From positions 1 through 64,000 of the IMG/VR virus record IMGVR_UViG_3300044684_000361: a stretch of DNA of 64,000 bases; one strand, 5' to 3'. The translations under genes were made by a program, and so were the position numbers. Positions 36,223 through 46,263 of this stretch are shown here, one piece after another (position 1 is the stretch's first letter; the number at the start of each line of letters is the position of its first letter). Under the pieces are notes generated by a model that was not told the DNA's origin, searched no databases, and saw nothing but the letters and a program-made list of their open reading frames with translations. The DNA comes from a virus.

Positions 36223-36563
36223 GTGATTTCAGCCACCGACATGGTGATATCCAATGAACTGGCAAGGCTGGAAGCCGCCTGGACAACATTAGTGGCATTC
36301 AATGTGAGCCTATTCCCCTCGTCAGCGAGCGTGAGGGACCCCCCGGGCAAAATTGAGCCTCCACTAACCAGAAAAGTCCCATTCTGAGTATCACTGCCTG
36401 GAGAGATCGATACGCTCACCGTGATGGTAGAACCAGATCGGTTGACGCAAAGCAACCCTGTGATCACAACTCCCGTTGTTACACTTGGGGCCGTGTAGTT
36501 GCCCACATTGACCGTGCTCGTACCAATGGCTGAAGAGCGCAGACTGCGAAGAACAGTTGACAT
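36219..36563 (-). CDS. Virion structural protein
   Basis: Beta-rich; lies in the tail module. Confidence 0.55.
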   Translation of the reverse strand: MSTVLRSLRSSAIGTSTVNVGNYTAPSVTTGVVITGLLCVNRSGSTITVSVSISPGSDTQNGTFLVSGGSILPGGSLTLADEGNRLTLNATNVVQAASSLASSLDITMSVAEIT

Positions 36564-36564
36564 A

Positions 36565-36885
36565 TCAGGTTCCTGGGATAAAGGTCACGCCATCAGGCGA
36601 TACGGAGTCAGCTGGGGGCCAGCCAGGATTTTCCGGAGCAGTTGTAGGAAGTGGCGTGGCCACGGGGGAGTCGGGGCGCACAAACTCCAGCGTGATGTTG
36701 TCCGGCTCACGAGGTGGCAGACGATAGGGATCGTACTCATCCACATCGTCGTTCTTCATGCAGACCTTGAGGCCTGGATAGTTCGGATCATCCACCAACT
36801 CATCCAGCGGGAACTTGAGCCCGCAGCGGGCACACAGTCCGATGCCGTAAGAAGGATGATTGCGAGGATCGATGAAGCGTGGCAT
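36565..36885 (-). CDS. Conserved Cys-containing virion morphogenesis protein
   Basis: GLCARCG.KF.L..L...GLKVC...D..DP. Confidence 0.6.
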   Translation of the reverse strand: MPRFIDPRNHPSYGIGLCARCGLKFPLDELVDDPNYPGLKVCMKNDDVDEYDPYRLPPREPDNITLEFVRPDSPVATPLPTTAPENPGWPPADSVSPDGVTFIPGT

Positions 36886-36887
36886 GG

Positions 36888-38354
36888 CTACCTCGTATAG
36901 CAGTAGATACGCGGTTGGATGCGCATGGGAGCGTTCTCACGCTCTTCCATTCGGGCGTTATTCAAGCTGCGCTCGGCCTTGGCCTCCAAGATCGGGATGA
37001 GCTGAGGGGAGACTTCCTGAATCACATAGGCCAGGCGCTTGGCGAGGCCATCCACGATCGCCTCCAGCCATCGGTTGGGCACATCCACTCGTTGGGCGAG
37101 ATCCCCGAGATCCATGATCTGGCGGTGCCGCCAGATCACAAGGCAAGCGTTGTTCTGCTCATTGAGTCCTGGGGTGGGCCACAGACGCATGATGGGCCAG
37201 GGCTCCTGGCGGTCCAGCCAATACTGGAATGGGCGGCTCTCGAAGAAGGTATTATTCAGGTTCGCGAAATCATCCCTGGAATAGGGGGCCAATGGAACCT
37301 GAAAGAGGGTCTGATAGAACGCCACATTGGATGTCAACAGCTGACCCGCCGCCAGAGGATTCGGCGGAACGGGATCGGCGACGATTGACCAGCTCAACGC
37401 GGTGGGCGCTCCGTCCAGATCAACCAGGGTTGTCTGACCTGCGGACGCATTGGGTTGGGAGGAAGCTACCAATTGGCCATCCGCCCAGACTTGTATGGGG
37501 ACAGCCGGACCCGCCCAAGTAACCCCCACGGTATTGATCCGGATCGGGGTGGCTGCCGTGTACGTGGTCGCGGCACTCGACTGTAGCGCACTCTGCTGGC
37601 GCAGATTGGCGTTGAGGACATCGATCGTGCCGGCCGGCATGGGCACTGCCGCCAAGTGCGCGGTGAATGGCAATACCTGTATGTCAACCGCAAAGAGCTG
37701 CGGGCCGCGATTGGCAAGCTCTGAGGTGAGGAGCATGAACAGCTCCTCACGGGCAATCCGGATCATCTCTTCGGAGATGATCGACGTACGGATCTTGCAG
37801 CGATTGAAGGCGCGCTCAATCACTTGCGTGAGATTCAACGTCTCCTGGCCGATCACCCCGCTGGTGGTGATCACCTGAGCCTGGGCGTTCCCATCGGCGA
37901 AGAAAGTCGGCGCGGCATACACGCTAGTTGTGCCGCCTGAGAGGATCGTAGGAGGCACAGGGAAGGTGCTATTGGCTCCTATGACATGGAGCGCCCCTGC
38001 CACCCCCGTGGTATCCGTGCCGAAGGTGAAGCCTCCAGAACTCTGGGGCGCGAACAGAACGATCTGGTAGGCCTGGCCAGCAATGACCGGGGTCGCTGTC
38101 ACCCGAAAGGCCGTAAGCCCTGCGTTGGGCTGTACGGTGATTGGAGCGGAATACACCAATAGCTGCTGGACGCCATCATAGAGCGCCATGACAAACTGCT
38201 GAGCAGAGGCAGGATTCAGGTAAGCATAGAGGGTGGAGACCGTCCCCGAGGACGTGGCGATGAACGGGATCGGCGCAAGGTATGCCCCATCAGAGCCGGA
38301 GGGCCCCGTTGAGGTATAGGTGGAGAAGGTTGGGTCGCCGCAGAGTACGGTCAC
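36888..38354 (-). CDS. Head-tail connector with extra N-terminal beta domain
   Basis: VIERAFNRC, ELANRG, RP.QYW, LWPTP, DVPNRW..AIV.GLA. Confidence 0.65.
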   Translation of the reverse strand: MTVLCGDPTFSTYTSTGPSGSDGAYLAPIPFIATSSGTVSTLYAYLNPASAQQFVMALYDGVQQLLVYSAPITVQPNAGLTAFRVTATPVIAGQAYQIVLFAPQSSGGFTFGTDTTGVAGALHVIGANSTFPVPPTILSGGTTSVYAAPTFFADGNAQAQVITTSGVIGQETLNLTQVIERAFNRCKIRTSIISEEMIRIAREELFMLLTSELANRGPQLFAVDIQVLPFTAHLAAVPMPAGTIDVLNANLRQQSALQSSAATTYTAATPIRINTVGVTWAGPAVPIQVWADGQLVASSQPNASAGQTTLVDLDGAPTALSWSIVADPVPPNPLAAGQLLTSNVAFYQTLFQVPLAPYSRDDFANLNNTFFESRPFQYWLDRQEPWPIMRLWPTPGLNEQNNACLVIWRHRQIMDLGDLAQRVDVPNRWLEAIVDGLAKRLAYVIQEVSPQLIPILEAKAERSLNNARMEERENAPMRIQPRIYCYTR

Positions 38355-38427
38355 GAAAGCGCCTCAATGATGGATACACTGAGGCCGCTCAACCCGAGGG
38401 GAACATGCCCGCGAAAGCTAGCGGACT

Positions 38428-39372
38428 TTACCCGATAACATCATCCGGATGCACCCTCCAGGGCTGGTAGCCGATGTTCAACCGGACATCTGTCACAGCC
38501 CGCATGGGCACCAGCGGGATGAATGAGCCACCAATCCCCTGCATCTCAAAGAGGGAGTTGCTGATGGAGAGCCCGGCCAAGGCCCCCACTCCAACAATCG
38601 AGCCATAGACCGTACTGGAAGAGGCCAGGAAGCCCGGGATCGATCCAGCCGGAACGAATTGGAGATTGCCATAGGTCGTTGTGGTGATCGGAGTGAGCCC
38701 GAACAGGGCTCCTGCCCCCACAAGTTGCCCATAGGCTACAGACTGGCTCTGAAGCGTCTGCCCATAGATAAAGGCGACGAGGGCCGACGAATTGCTCGTA
38801 TCTCCCGGAGGAGATACGAACTGATTCATATTGAGCGGAGAGGCAAGTCCAGGCCCTGGAGCCGGGATAAAGCCAACCAACGGGGGGCTCGGAATAAGAG
38901 CCCCTGAGATCAGCGATCCGGAGGCGATGACTCCAGACAGCGGCCCAACCGTGGTAGGAGGCGAATAGGACAGCGGGGGCCCGAAGAACAGGAAATCCCC
39001 GCGAGGCTGGGCGCCTCGACCCGGTGGGTCCGGTATCCATCCATCATTGACCTGCGTGACGTTCTGTCCCTGGGCAGATCGGAACAGAAACAGTAGCGCC
39101 GTGCGATCCGGCTGCCTCGGGAAATCCGGGCTCTCAACCAAAACAACTTGGTTGTACGGCCACAGAGCCTGTCCATTGGGTACCTGAAAGCCAATCAGGT
39201 TGCCCAGGACAGTCGAAGAGGAAACCAGGGTCCCATTGATGGGACCATTCGGCGTCACGGTCTGCCGGAAAGCCTGCAGCGCCTGCGTCGAGTTGTAGCG
39301 GGCATCCGCCCAGCCATCCCCCTGGACCAGCACGGTGCTGGTGACGGGGTACAGCACCATGCCAGAGGCCAT
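38428..39372 (-). CDS. Repeat-containing virion protein
   Basis: Repeated G-x-L-x-S-S-S-T-V-x-G-x-L-like strands. Confidence 0.55.
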   Translation of the reverse strand: MASGMVLYPVTSTVLVQGDGWADARYNSTQALQAFRQTVTPNGPINGTLVSSSTVLGNLIGFQVPNGQALWPYNQVVLVESPDFPRQPDRTALLFLFRSAQGQNVTQVNDGWIPDPPGRGAQPRGDFLFFGPPLSYSPPTTVGPLSGVIASGSLISGALIPSPPLVGFIPAPGPGLASPLNMNQFVSPPGDTSNSSALVAFIYGQTLQSQSVAYGQLVGAGALFGLTPITTTTYGNLQFVPAGSIPGFLASSSTVYGSIVGVGALAGLSISNSLFEMQGIGGSFIPLVPMRAVTDVRLNIGYQPWRVHPDDVIG

Positions 39373-39392
39373 AAGGGGGCTACCTCAAGGGA

Positions 39393-39869
39393 TCAGATTT
39401 CCTCGAAATAGACTTCTGACGAGGCGCTGTAAGAGGCCCCGGGAGCGGCCACCAGCGTCAGATTCCACCGCGAGCCTCCGGAGATCGGAATTCTCTGATC
39501 CGGAGTAAAGATGCGCTCGTATGGGACGATGATCGAGACCAGATCAGAGCCCCAGGCGTTGCCTGCCGTGCCGGGTGTGGTCACGCCTGAATTGCAGGTC
39601 GTGGCTGCCGCAACCGTGTTACGGCGATTGACAGCCCGAGGGGTCTGGCCCGTACCGCCCGAACCTGTGGTACTGCGTTGCTGCATCTGCAGGCGAATGC
39701 GCACATCCTGCGCAACACCTGAAGTGATCGTGGGGGAGACGGTAAAGCGAACCGAATGGATGAGGATCGAGACGCCCGCTGCGGCCACGAACTCCCAGAT
39801 GTCCTGTACGGCATTGGTGACCGTCAGGTTCTCGAATCCCACTACGTAAAGCAAACCGGAAGCGGCCAT
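39393..39869 (-). CDS. Virion structural protein
   Basis: Beta-rich; lies in the structural operon. Confidence 0.55.
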   Translation of the reverse strand: MAASGLLYVVGFENLTVTNAVQDIWEFVAAAGVSILIHSVRFTVSPTITSGVAQDVRIRLQMQQRSTTGSGGTGQTPRAVNRRNTVAAATTCNSGVTTPGTAGNAWGSDLVSIIVPYERIFTPDQRIPISGGSRWNLTLVAAPGASYSASSEVYFEEI

Positions 39870-39877
39870 ACTAACCT

Positions 39878-40501
39878 CTAGGTATAGACAAACCTGTAAG
39901 TTGGAATCGTAATAATTCCAAAAGTATTCGTGGCGACGACCCCAGTTCCTGTGAACTGGGAAAGATACAAACTGTTGTTGTTGAACGGCTCAAATCCACC
40001 CCCGGCTGCCAGGGACGCCTCCCCGGTATAGGTCGTGGTGGTATTCGCGTTGAAGGTGACGGAGGAGCCATTCTGGAGAGCTGTAATGGTCGCGGTGCCG
40101 CCACTGATGGATACCGTGACAGACCAAACGTCATTGTTTGCCCGAGTGATACTGGTAGACGAGCTGATATTCGTCTCCAACCCGGTTGGATCCCAGGTCA
40201 CTACGTGCGAGGTGAAAGCACCAACAACGATCCCAAGTCCAGCCCCGGCATTTACTCCAGAGCGAACCAACGCGCCTAGAACGATGTCATCACCATTGCT
40301 CGCCCCTCCAGAGGCGATGGTGAAGGTAGTCGTGATTGTCGACCCGTAGGTGGCATTGTGGGCAAAGCATGCATACGTGCCTGCCGCACTCGCGCGCCAC
40401 CCGGTCGCATCTGACTTGATCGTGGAAACCGGGATAATCACATTGGCCGGAGTCCAGGGATTATTGGTCGTTCCAGGGGCGTTTAAGGTGAAATCGGCCA
40501 T
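39878..40501 (-). CDS. Beta-sandwich virion protein (lectin-like?)
   Basis: T/S/G-rich beta strands. Confidence 0.5.
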   Translation of the reverse strand: MADFTLNAPGTTNNPWTPANVIIPVSTIKSDATGWRASAAGTYACFAHNATYGSTITTTFTIASGGASNGDDIVLGALVRSGVNAGAGLGIVVGAFTSHVVTWDPTGLETNISSSTSITRANNDVWSVTVSISGGTATITALQNGSSVTFNANTTTTYTGEASLAAGGGFEPFNNNSLYLSQFTGTGVVATNTFGIITIPTYRFVYT

Positions 40502-42159
40502 CAGAGCACCTGATGCCCAACAGTTCCAAGCGTGATGCCATGGGCGTTTGCATAGGCCGTCAGGACGTACCCGGTCGAGGGGTCCACCACGTTGCCCCTA
40601 TTGGCATACGAGTCCACGACATCACCACTCACATTCAGCGTGAGGTTGGTAGCGCCATAATGCGTGGCATCGTTCTCAACGCCATGTTCGCTGCAAATGA
40701 CGTTATTGATTGAGAAAAGCGTACATGTCTGCCCTGACGCTCCGCTCGCCCAGCGAGGCCCAACCACCGTGTTCCGATACTCCCATCCGGTCCAACTGGA
40801 GAAGCTCGCATTGCCGTATACCGTGGCAGAAGGGAAGGCTCCATTGTTCGGCCCGATGGTGTTGAACATCATGTTCCAACAGCTCTCGTTCTGATCTGGG
40901 TTGTCGCCCGAGCCGCCGTCATTTCCCTGGTACATCACCATACCACCGGTGCTTATCCCAGCTGCCGGAGATGTGAAGGTGCCTCCTTGTACCCAGGCAT
41001 GATTGGCGCGCACGCTGCCTTTGGAATTGTGGCCTTTGATGAAAATCCCGGACTGGATGTTCTTCGGATTCGAAAATCCAGTTATGGTGTTATTTTCCAC
41101 CACATAGGCACGCATGGAATAGGCAATCAGCCCCCCGCCTGACTGCATATTCTGCATGTTGGAGCAGGTGTTGTTTGTAAAGACAAAGTAGTTGTGCATG
41201 GTGCCCGTGGCGGCAGGGAAAACGCCTTGCCAGTTTGACCAGTTGCCGTTTGTGTTATATCCGTTCAGATTGGTGAACGTGCATTCGTAGTACAGCGCTC
41301 GGTCGCCGTAATGGAAAATGTGAAATTGATCGTGGTTGTTTCCCGAATTGACGGTCGCCCAGTTGGACGGACTGCCGTTGAAGGTGATGTTATGAGTGCA
41401 GCAGCCACCGCTTCCCACGCCACTTGAGCCGTTGAACAAGATCCAAATATCTGTGCCACTCCAGGCACCGGTGTAATCGATCGTGACGGACTCGCCCGGG
41501 TAACCTACCCAGACCTTTGCTCGGCTGGTCAGGTCGAAGATGGCCGAGAACACATTCATGGCATAGGTGCCATTGCGCAGGAATAGCTGCTTCCCTGAGG
41601 TGCTCGCCGCACTGAATCCGGAAAGAGTCTTCCACGGTGAACCGAAGGAGCCATTGTTGGCGTCGTTGCCATTGACGGCATCCAGCCAGACAAACTTGGT
41701 TACATCTGTCTTGTCCGCGACCACCAAGGTCCACGAGACGCTATATTGGCCAATGGGGTCGGCAGAGCCCGCTGTGCGGCCGAAGTCCTGCGTGGTGACC
41801 TGCACCGTGATGGTGTAGGTTCCGACCACCGGATTGGCCCAGCTCAGAATTCCGTAGTCAGGATCTCCGTAGTGCTGTCCGATGGACATCCCGGCAGGGC
41901 CTGAGATGAGCTGATATTGGAAAGGCCATGCTCCGTACCGCATCCGGATCGGAATCCGCCAAGGAACCCCACTGGGGGCCAGACGAGCCCGCTCCCAGGT
42001 ATTGGGGTTGCCACCTGCCAGGCCACCACTATCATTGTCCGGGCGCGGATGAACAATGTCCGGCACAGCAACAGACTGGACGTAATGGCCCGTCTGGAGT
42101 TGCCAGTTTGGCGGAGCGGCAGTGGGGGTGTAGCCCCGATAGGCGCCGAAAAAGCTCAT
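40501..42159 (-). CDS. Ig-like plus right-handed beta-helix protein (depolymerase/adhesin candidate)
   Basis: GPAGMSI..G.LSW Ig unit; DAVNGNDANNGSFGSPWKT; GESVTID; Asn-ladder repeats. Confidence 0.65.
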   Translation of the reverse strand: MSFFGAYRGYTPTAAPPNWQLQTGHYVQSVAVPDIVHPRPDNDSGGLAGGNPNTWERARLAPSGVPWRIPIRMRYGAWPFQYQLISGPAGMSIGQHYGDPDYGILSWANPVVGTYTITVQVTTQDFGRTAGSADPIGQYSVSWTLVVADKTDVTKFVWLDAVNGNDANNGSFGSPWKTLSGFSAASTSGKQLFLRNGTYAMNVFSAIFDLTSRAKVWVGYPGESVTIDYTGAWSGTDIWILFNGSSGVGSGGCCTHNITFNGSPSNWATVNSGNNHDQFHIFHYGDRALYYECTFTNLNGYNTNGNWSNWQGVFPAATGTMHNYFVFTNNTCSNMQNMQSGGGLIAYSMRAYVVENNTITGFSNPKNIQSGIFIKGHNSKGSVRANHAWVQGGTFTSPAAGISTGGMVMYQGNDGGSGDNPDQNESCWNMMFNTIGPNNGAFPSATVYGNASFSSWTGWEYRNTVVGPRWASGASGQTCTLFSINNVICSEHGVENDATHYGATNLTLNVSGDVVDSYANRGNVVDPSTGYVLTAYANAHGITLGTVGHQVL

Positions 42160-42163
42160 TCGA

Positions 42164-42721
42164 TCAGGTGCAGTATGTCAACGAATACTGCTGACAGGTC
42201 AGGGAGCCGGTGGCCACGGTCTGCGTGAAGAAACAATCGATCACGTTGGAGACGGTGGAATCAAAGCCGGCGCCCACCACCACGCCGCCCGAGACCGGCA
42301 GAGCAAATACGCCGTTCCCACCGGCAGAACTGGCAGGCGAGCCAACCACAGCAGGGGATGTCCATGTGCCCTGGCCAATCATGGTGGCGTTGGTGGAGTT
42401 TCCGATCGAGCGCACGGTCAACTCGATATCCAAAAACCAGGGAACGTTGGTCTGGGCCGTGGTATTGAGGTTCATGGCCTGGGAGTCGAACACGACGGCT
42501 GAACCCACACGCACGTCAAAGCGTGCCGTGCCTGGGGTGGTGACCACACAGGAGATGATCCCAGCTGCGCGGATGTTGAAGCGATCACCGATCTTCAGGT
42601 AGTTAGCCGGGAAGGTGAACCGGGCCGCAGGAGGCAAATAGGAGGCAGCCGAGGCGGCCGTCAGGGCATTGCCCGCCACCTGCGCGGTGATCAGTGTTTG
42701 AGCCCAACTATTGGATGACAT
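42164..42721 (-). CDS. Virion structural protein
   Basis: Beta-rich; lies in the structural operon. Confidence 0.55.
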   Translation of the reverse strand: MSSNSWAQTLITAQVAGNALTAASAASYLPPAARFTFPANYLKIGDRFNIRAAGIISCVVTTPGTARFDVRVGSAVVFDSQAMNLNTTAQTNVPWFLDIELTVRSIGNSTNATMIGQGTWTSPAVVGSPASSAGGNGVFALPVSGGVVVGAGFDSTVSNVIDCFFTQTVATGSLTCQQYSLTYCT

Positions 42722-42733
42722 AGAGAGAGTTCC

Positions 42734-43432
42734 TTACCAGAGCTTGGCGACCATCGCGGAGATGGCAAACGAGGGGGTGATGTTGGTGGAAACCACCAGC
42801 GGGGTCTGCAGGATGATCACGCCCGCGCCCACCGAGCTGGTGTTGACGGGCGAGCCGTTGGCGGAAGTGGTCGAAAGGGTAACGGTGGTACCGGAGACCG
42901 TGCCCACAAAGTAGACCGTCCCTTCCGTGAAGCCGGAAGGGAGCGTGCCGGTCGCTGTGGGGTAAACCGAAACGCGGTTATTCACCGCGAAGGAGGAGTT
43001 CGGAACAGTCAGAACGCCTGGGGAGGCGGAAGTACAAGTGAACTCCAACGCGGGACCCGCACCCACTGGGCCTGATGCGAGAAGCGTGCCGGCGCCAGAA
43101 GAGGCCAATCCGATCCCAAAGTGAGTGATCGTGTCGCCTGTGACTCCGCATTGGGGAAAATTGACTGCCGCTGCGTTAGAAACGGTGGCCGGCGAAGTGC
43201 CCGAGACGTTGAACCCACCCGTGGTCCGGGCTACCGCAACCCGTGCATAGTTGGTGTAGGCTGTCTCGTTGGTCGATTGAGTGCCCGCTTCACCCGGATC
43301 AGCATTGTGAAGCGAGATATATAGGCTGGTGGCGGGAGAAGTCGCGGTGTTATCAGCGATATTCGCCCAGTTCACGGCCTGAAACATCAGCTTCAGGACG
43401 TTGGATTGTGTGCCGTTGGCAAAACTCGCCAT
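42734..43432 (-). CDS. Fibre/decoration protein
   Basis: LYISLHNADPGEAG..NETAYTNYARVAV motif with an inserted small beta domain. Confidence 0.65.
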   Translation of the reverse strand: MASFANGTQSNVLKLMFQAVNWANIADNTATSPATSLYISLHNADPGEAGTQSTNETAYTNYARVAVARTTGGFNVSGTSPATVSNAAAVNFPQCGVTGDTITHFGIGLASSGAGTLLASGPVGAGPALEFTCTSASPGVLTVPNSSFAVNNRVSVYPTATGTLPSGFTEGTVYFVGTVSGTTVTLSTTSANGSPVNTSSVGAGVIILQTPLVVSTNITPSFAISAMVAKLW

Positions 43433-43507
43433 GCAGGGTGACTCCGTAAGGAACCGAAGTGGCGTAGGCCCTGCATGGGGCAGCCATAAAGATGCGGTAC
43501 TGTACCG

Positions 43508-43825
43508 CTATAGCCCGGCGTTCGTCGATAGGGCGTTATTGACGCCAATCGCCCATTCCTGCCAGGTCTTCCCAGTCGGATCAGGGAGATTGAATGGCAG
43601 CAGCTGCGGCTCCTGCATCACCCGTGTGGCCCAGGCATGGAAACCGTCCTCACCGAGGAGAAAAGGCAGCGCTACCGTATGAGAGATGACATAGACGAAG
43701 GCTGCGGCCCAACTCATCAGGTCCATCCCGTTGGGATTGACGATGTCAGCCTGAAAGGTTGCCCCATAGGGGCCGGTAAGCCCGCCGAGGACTGTTGAAC
43801 TAGAAGCGAGTATCCCCGAGGACAC
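43508..43825 (-). CDS. Virion-associated protein
   Basis: P.GM....WA and PDP....WQEWA motifs. Confidence 0.5.
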   Translation of the reverse strand: MSSGILASSSTVLGGLTGPYGATFQADIVNPNGMDLMSWAAAFVYVISHTVALPFLLGEDGFHAWATRVMQEPQLLPFNLPDPTGKTWQEWAIGVNNALSTNAGL

Positions 43826-44587
43826 TTAACACTTGCCGCCCTTCTTCATCGGCGTGCCAACCATGGAGCCCATCTGACCGCCCATCCCGCGAGGTTTCAT
43901 CGGCTGCTGACCCATTGCGGCCGTGCCAGCCTGGGGTAGCCCAGGAATGCCTGGCTGAGGGCGGCCCATACTCTTGCCTCCCGTCATCCCAGGCGCATGG
44001 CGGATACGCTTCATCCCGAGCACCGGGGCCCGAGGCATCCCCGTTGGCCGGGCAATCCCGCCCACGGCGAAATGCTTATGCCCGTGCTTACCATGAGGCG
44101 GGGCCAGATGGTGATCCTTTCCATGGGCTCCGGACTTGTGACCGTGTTGAGGATGATGGATGCCCATGCCATGGGGATGGCTTTCAATCCGATGCCCGGG
44201 CTTGAAGTGGTTGTGAACCGGGCCACCTTTGGCCTTATGGACCTTGCCGCCTCGGCGAGCCTCCATATGTTCGTGGGCCTCGTGGTCCGAATGAGAATAG
44301 CCAGTCTGGCTCTCATGCGGCTCTGAGTCCTCACTAATGAACCCACCCTTGGCATATGCCAGATGGTTTCCCGCAGCTTTGATGTTGAGGTCAGGACCCT
44401 TGGCACCAACTGTTGGAGTGGGGATCTTGGCGGCCGGGAAAGACCGCCCAGGTGGCTTGACTTCGCCGCCCTTGGCAAACTTCGGCTTGTGGCGACTGTA
44501 ACCGGATACGTGGGTCGTGCCCTTGGATACAGAACCATGGAAGCCATGCTCGGGCAGGAAGTCCCAACCGGATCGCATCTTACCCAT
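43826..44587 (-). CDS. Basic His/Lys/Gly-rich internal protein
   Basis: Low complexity; six AxGG-type motifs. Confidence 0.6.
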   Translation of the reverse strand: MGKMRSGWDFLPEHGFHGSVSKGTTHVSGYSRHKPKFAKGGEVKPPGRSFPAAKIPTPTVGAKGPDLNIKAAGNHLAYAKGGFISEDSEPHESQTGYSHSDHEAHEHMEARRGGKVHKAKGGPVHNHFKPGHRIESHPHGMGIHHPQHGHKSGAHGKDHHLAPPHGKHGHKHFAVGGIARPTGMPRAPVLGMKRIRHAPGMTGGKSMGRPQPGIPGLPQAGTAAMGQQPMKPRGMGGQMGSMVGTPMKKGGKC

Positions 44588-44590
44588 ATG

Positions 44591-44911
44591 TCAAACTCCC
44601 AAGGCGCTGCTGGTAACGATTTCCAGGGACAGCGTACCGGTGCCCGAGGAATAGGTCACGTTCAACGCGGTAGCCGGCACGTTGACCAGTGATCCTTGTT
44701 GGCTGGTGGTGGCGGCAGCGAAGTTGCTTCCTACCGCAAAGAAGTTTGTCGGTGCCGAAGCCGCGTATGGATCATCCAATGTCTGCGTGATGGTGTAGGT
44801 GACTGTCCCTGAGACCACCGCATTGATAGCCACGTTGATAGGACCGGCACGCCAATCCAGCGGAACCAGTTGGCTACCTGCCGCCGACAATGTAAAGCGC
44901 ACCGGGCGCAT
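44591..44911 (-). CDS. Virion structural protein
   Basis: VSGTVTYTI..T.DDP beta-sandwich pattern. Confidence 0.6.
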   Translation of the reverse strand: MRPVRFTLSAAGSQLVPLDWRAGPINVAINAVVSGTVTYTITQTLDDPYAASAPTNFFAVGSNFAAATTSQQGSLVNVPATALNVTYSSGTGTLSLEIVTSSALGV

Positions 44912-44922
44912 TCAAAGCTCCC

Positions 44923-46251
44923 TTAGAACTGGGTATTACCGAACACCAGATGAGGCGTGAGGTTGGTGGCCTGCGACCAGTTGTACTGCGACGGATTCAC
45001 CGCGATGTAAACGCGCGTGGTGCCATTGGCAGCCGCCTGGAGCGCATAGGTGCCTCGAACATCACCCGTGGTTGCCGTGGTGGGCCAGGTCAGGTCTGCC
45101 TTGGTGAAGCCCGTATTGGCACCCACCTGGGCATCTGCTACTGCCACGTTCAGATACGAAAAGGTATCCGTACGGATGTTCAATCCAACTACCCCGTTGG
45201 AGGTGGCCTGGGTTCCAATGCTCACGTTACCCACCAAGCTGGCCGCGCCCGTAACGGCGGACTTGATGGCCTTGAAGGCCTTCTTGCCCGCCACAGCGGT
45301 AGTGCCGTTCAAGGTGATGGTCTCGGTCATCGGAATGCCGTAGACGTCCCATCCAGAAACCGTCACGGTCACCGTGGTATCACCCGCGTTGGAGCTGACA
45401 TAGGACAGCACACGCGAGATGCCTTGGCGAGGATCGAACAAGAGCGTCGCGCCATCCACCTGATACGGCCAGTACGCGATGCCCACGGCGGGTCCGTAAG
45501 GGTTGGCATTGCCGATACCCCCATTGGTCACAGCCGATTGTGCCGCCGCATTGATGTACAGATAGTGGTTGGCGTAATCGATCGCCAGGATCTGAGCGAT
45601 CAGAGGGGCCGTGCCGCCCGCATTGCCGGCATTCGCGACAATGATGTACTGCCCGGGGACGAACATGGTCTCCGGCTGCACATGGTTGGTGGTCTGTAGC
45701 TGAACGATCTGATTCTTATTGACCGTCTGCCCCGCATACTGGTTCGGCACCACCCCGTAACCCGGACCCGTCGTGGTGGAGAGCGTGACCGTCGAGGAGG
45801 TGAAGGTCGTTCCCGCACACATTCCAAAGTCCAAAGTGAGACCTGCGGTCACCACGTTGGAGGCTAGTATCTGTGGAGGGGTGAAGTATCGATTGCCGTA
45901 GACATCCGTTGTCAACGTCCAAGGCGCGATAGGAACGTTCGAGACAGCCGACTGTACCGTACCAGTCGCCAGGGTAAGGGACGTACCGGCAGCACCTCCC
46001 GCGCCCTGGGCGTTCACGATGTTGTTCGTGGCCGAGGCGGTTGGGAAGCCATCAACCGTGCAGATGAAATCACTCGCGTTCAGCGCGTAGAAGCGATTGG
46101 GGAAAGCGCCCTGGGCGATGACAAAGCGATCATCCACGACAGCCGTGCCGTCATTGAAGGCACTGGGCCCGGACTCGTAGTCACGGTTTTGGATCGGGCT
46201 TTGGTTCCCGATCGCGACCAGCGGGCCGGGAACTACTGTTGGACCTGCCAT
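44923..46251 (-). CDS. Capsid decoration / structural protein
   Basis: VSGWDVYG.PMTE.I, GKKAFK and TATTGDVRGT motifs; follows the capsid gene. Confidence 0.6.
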   Translation of the reverse strand: MAGPTVVPGPLVAIGNQSPIQNRDYESGPSAFNDGTAVVDDRFVIAQGAFPNRFYALNASDFICTVDGFPTASATNNIVNAQGAGGAAGTSLTLATGTVQSAVSNVPIAPWTLTTDVYGNRYFTPPQILASNVVTAGLTLDFGMCAGTTFTSSTVTLSTTTGPGYGVVPNQYAGQTVNKNQIVQLQTTNHVQPETMFVPGQYIIVANAGNAGGTAPLIAQILAIDYANHYLYINAAAQSAVTNGGIGNANPYGPAVGIAYWPYQVDGATLLFDPRQGISRVLSYVSSNAGDTTVTVTVSGWDVYGIPMTETITLNGTTAVAGKKAFKAIKSAVTGAASLVGNVSIGTQATSNGVVGLNIRTDTFSYLNVAVADAQVGANTGFTKADLTWPTTATTGDVRGTYALQAAANGTTRVYIAVNPSQYNWSQATNLTPHLVFGNTQF

Positions 46252-46263
46252 TCGGGTCTCCTG

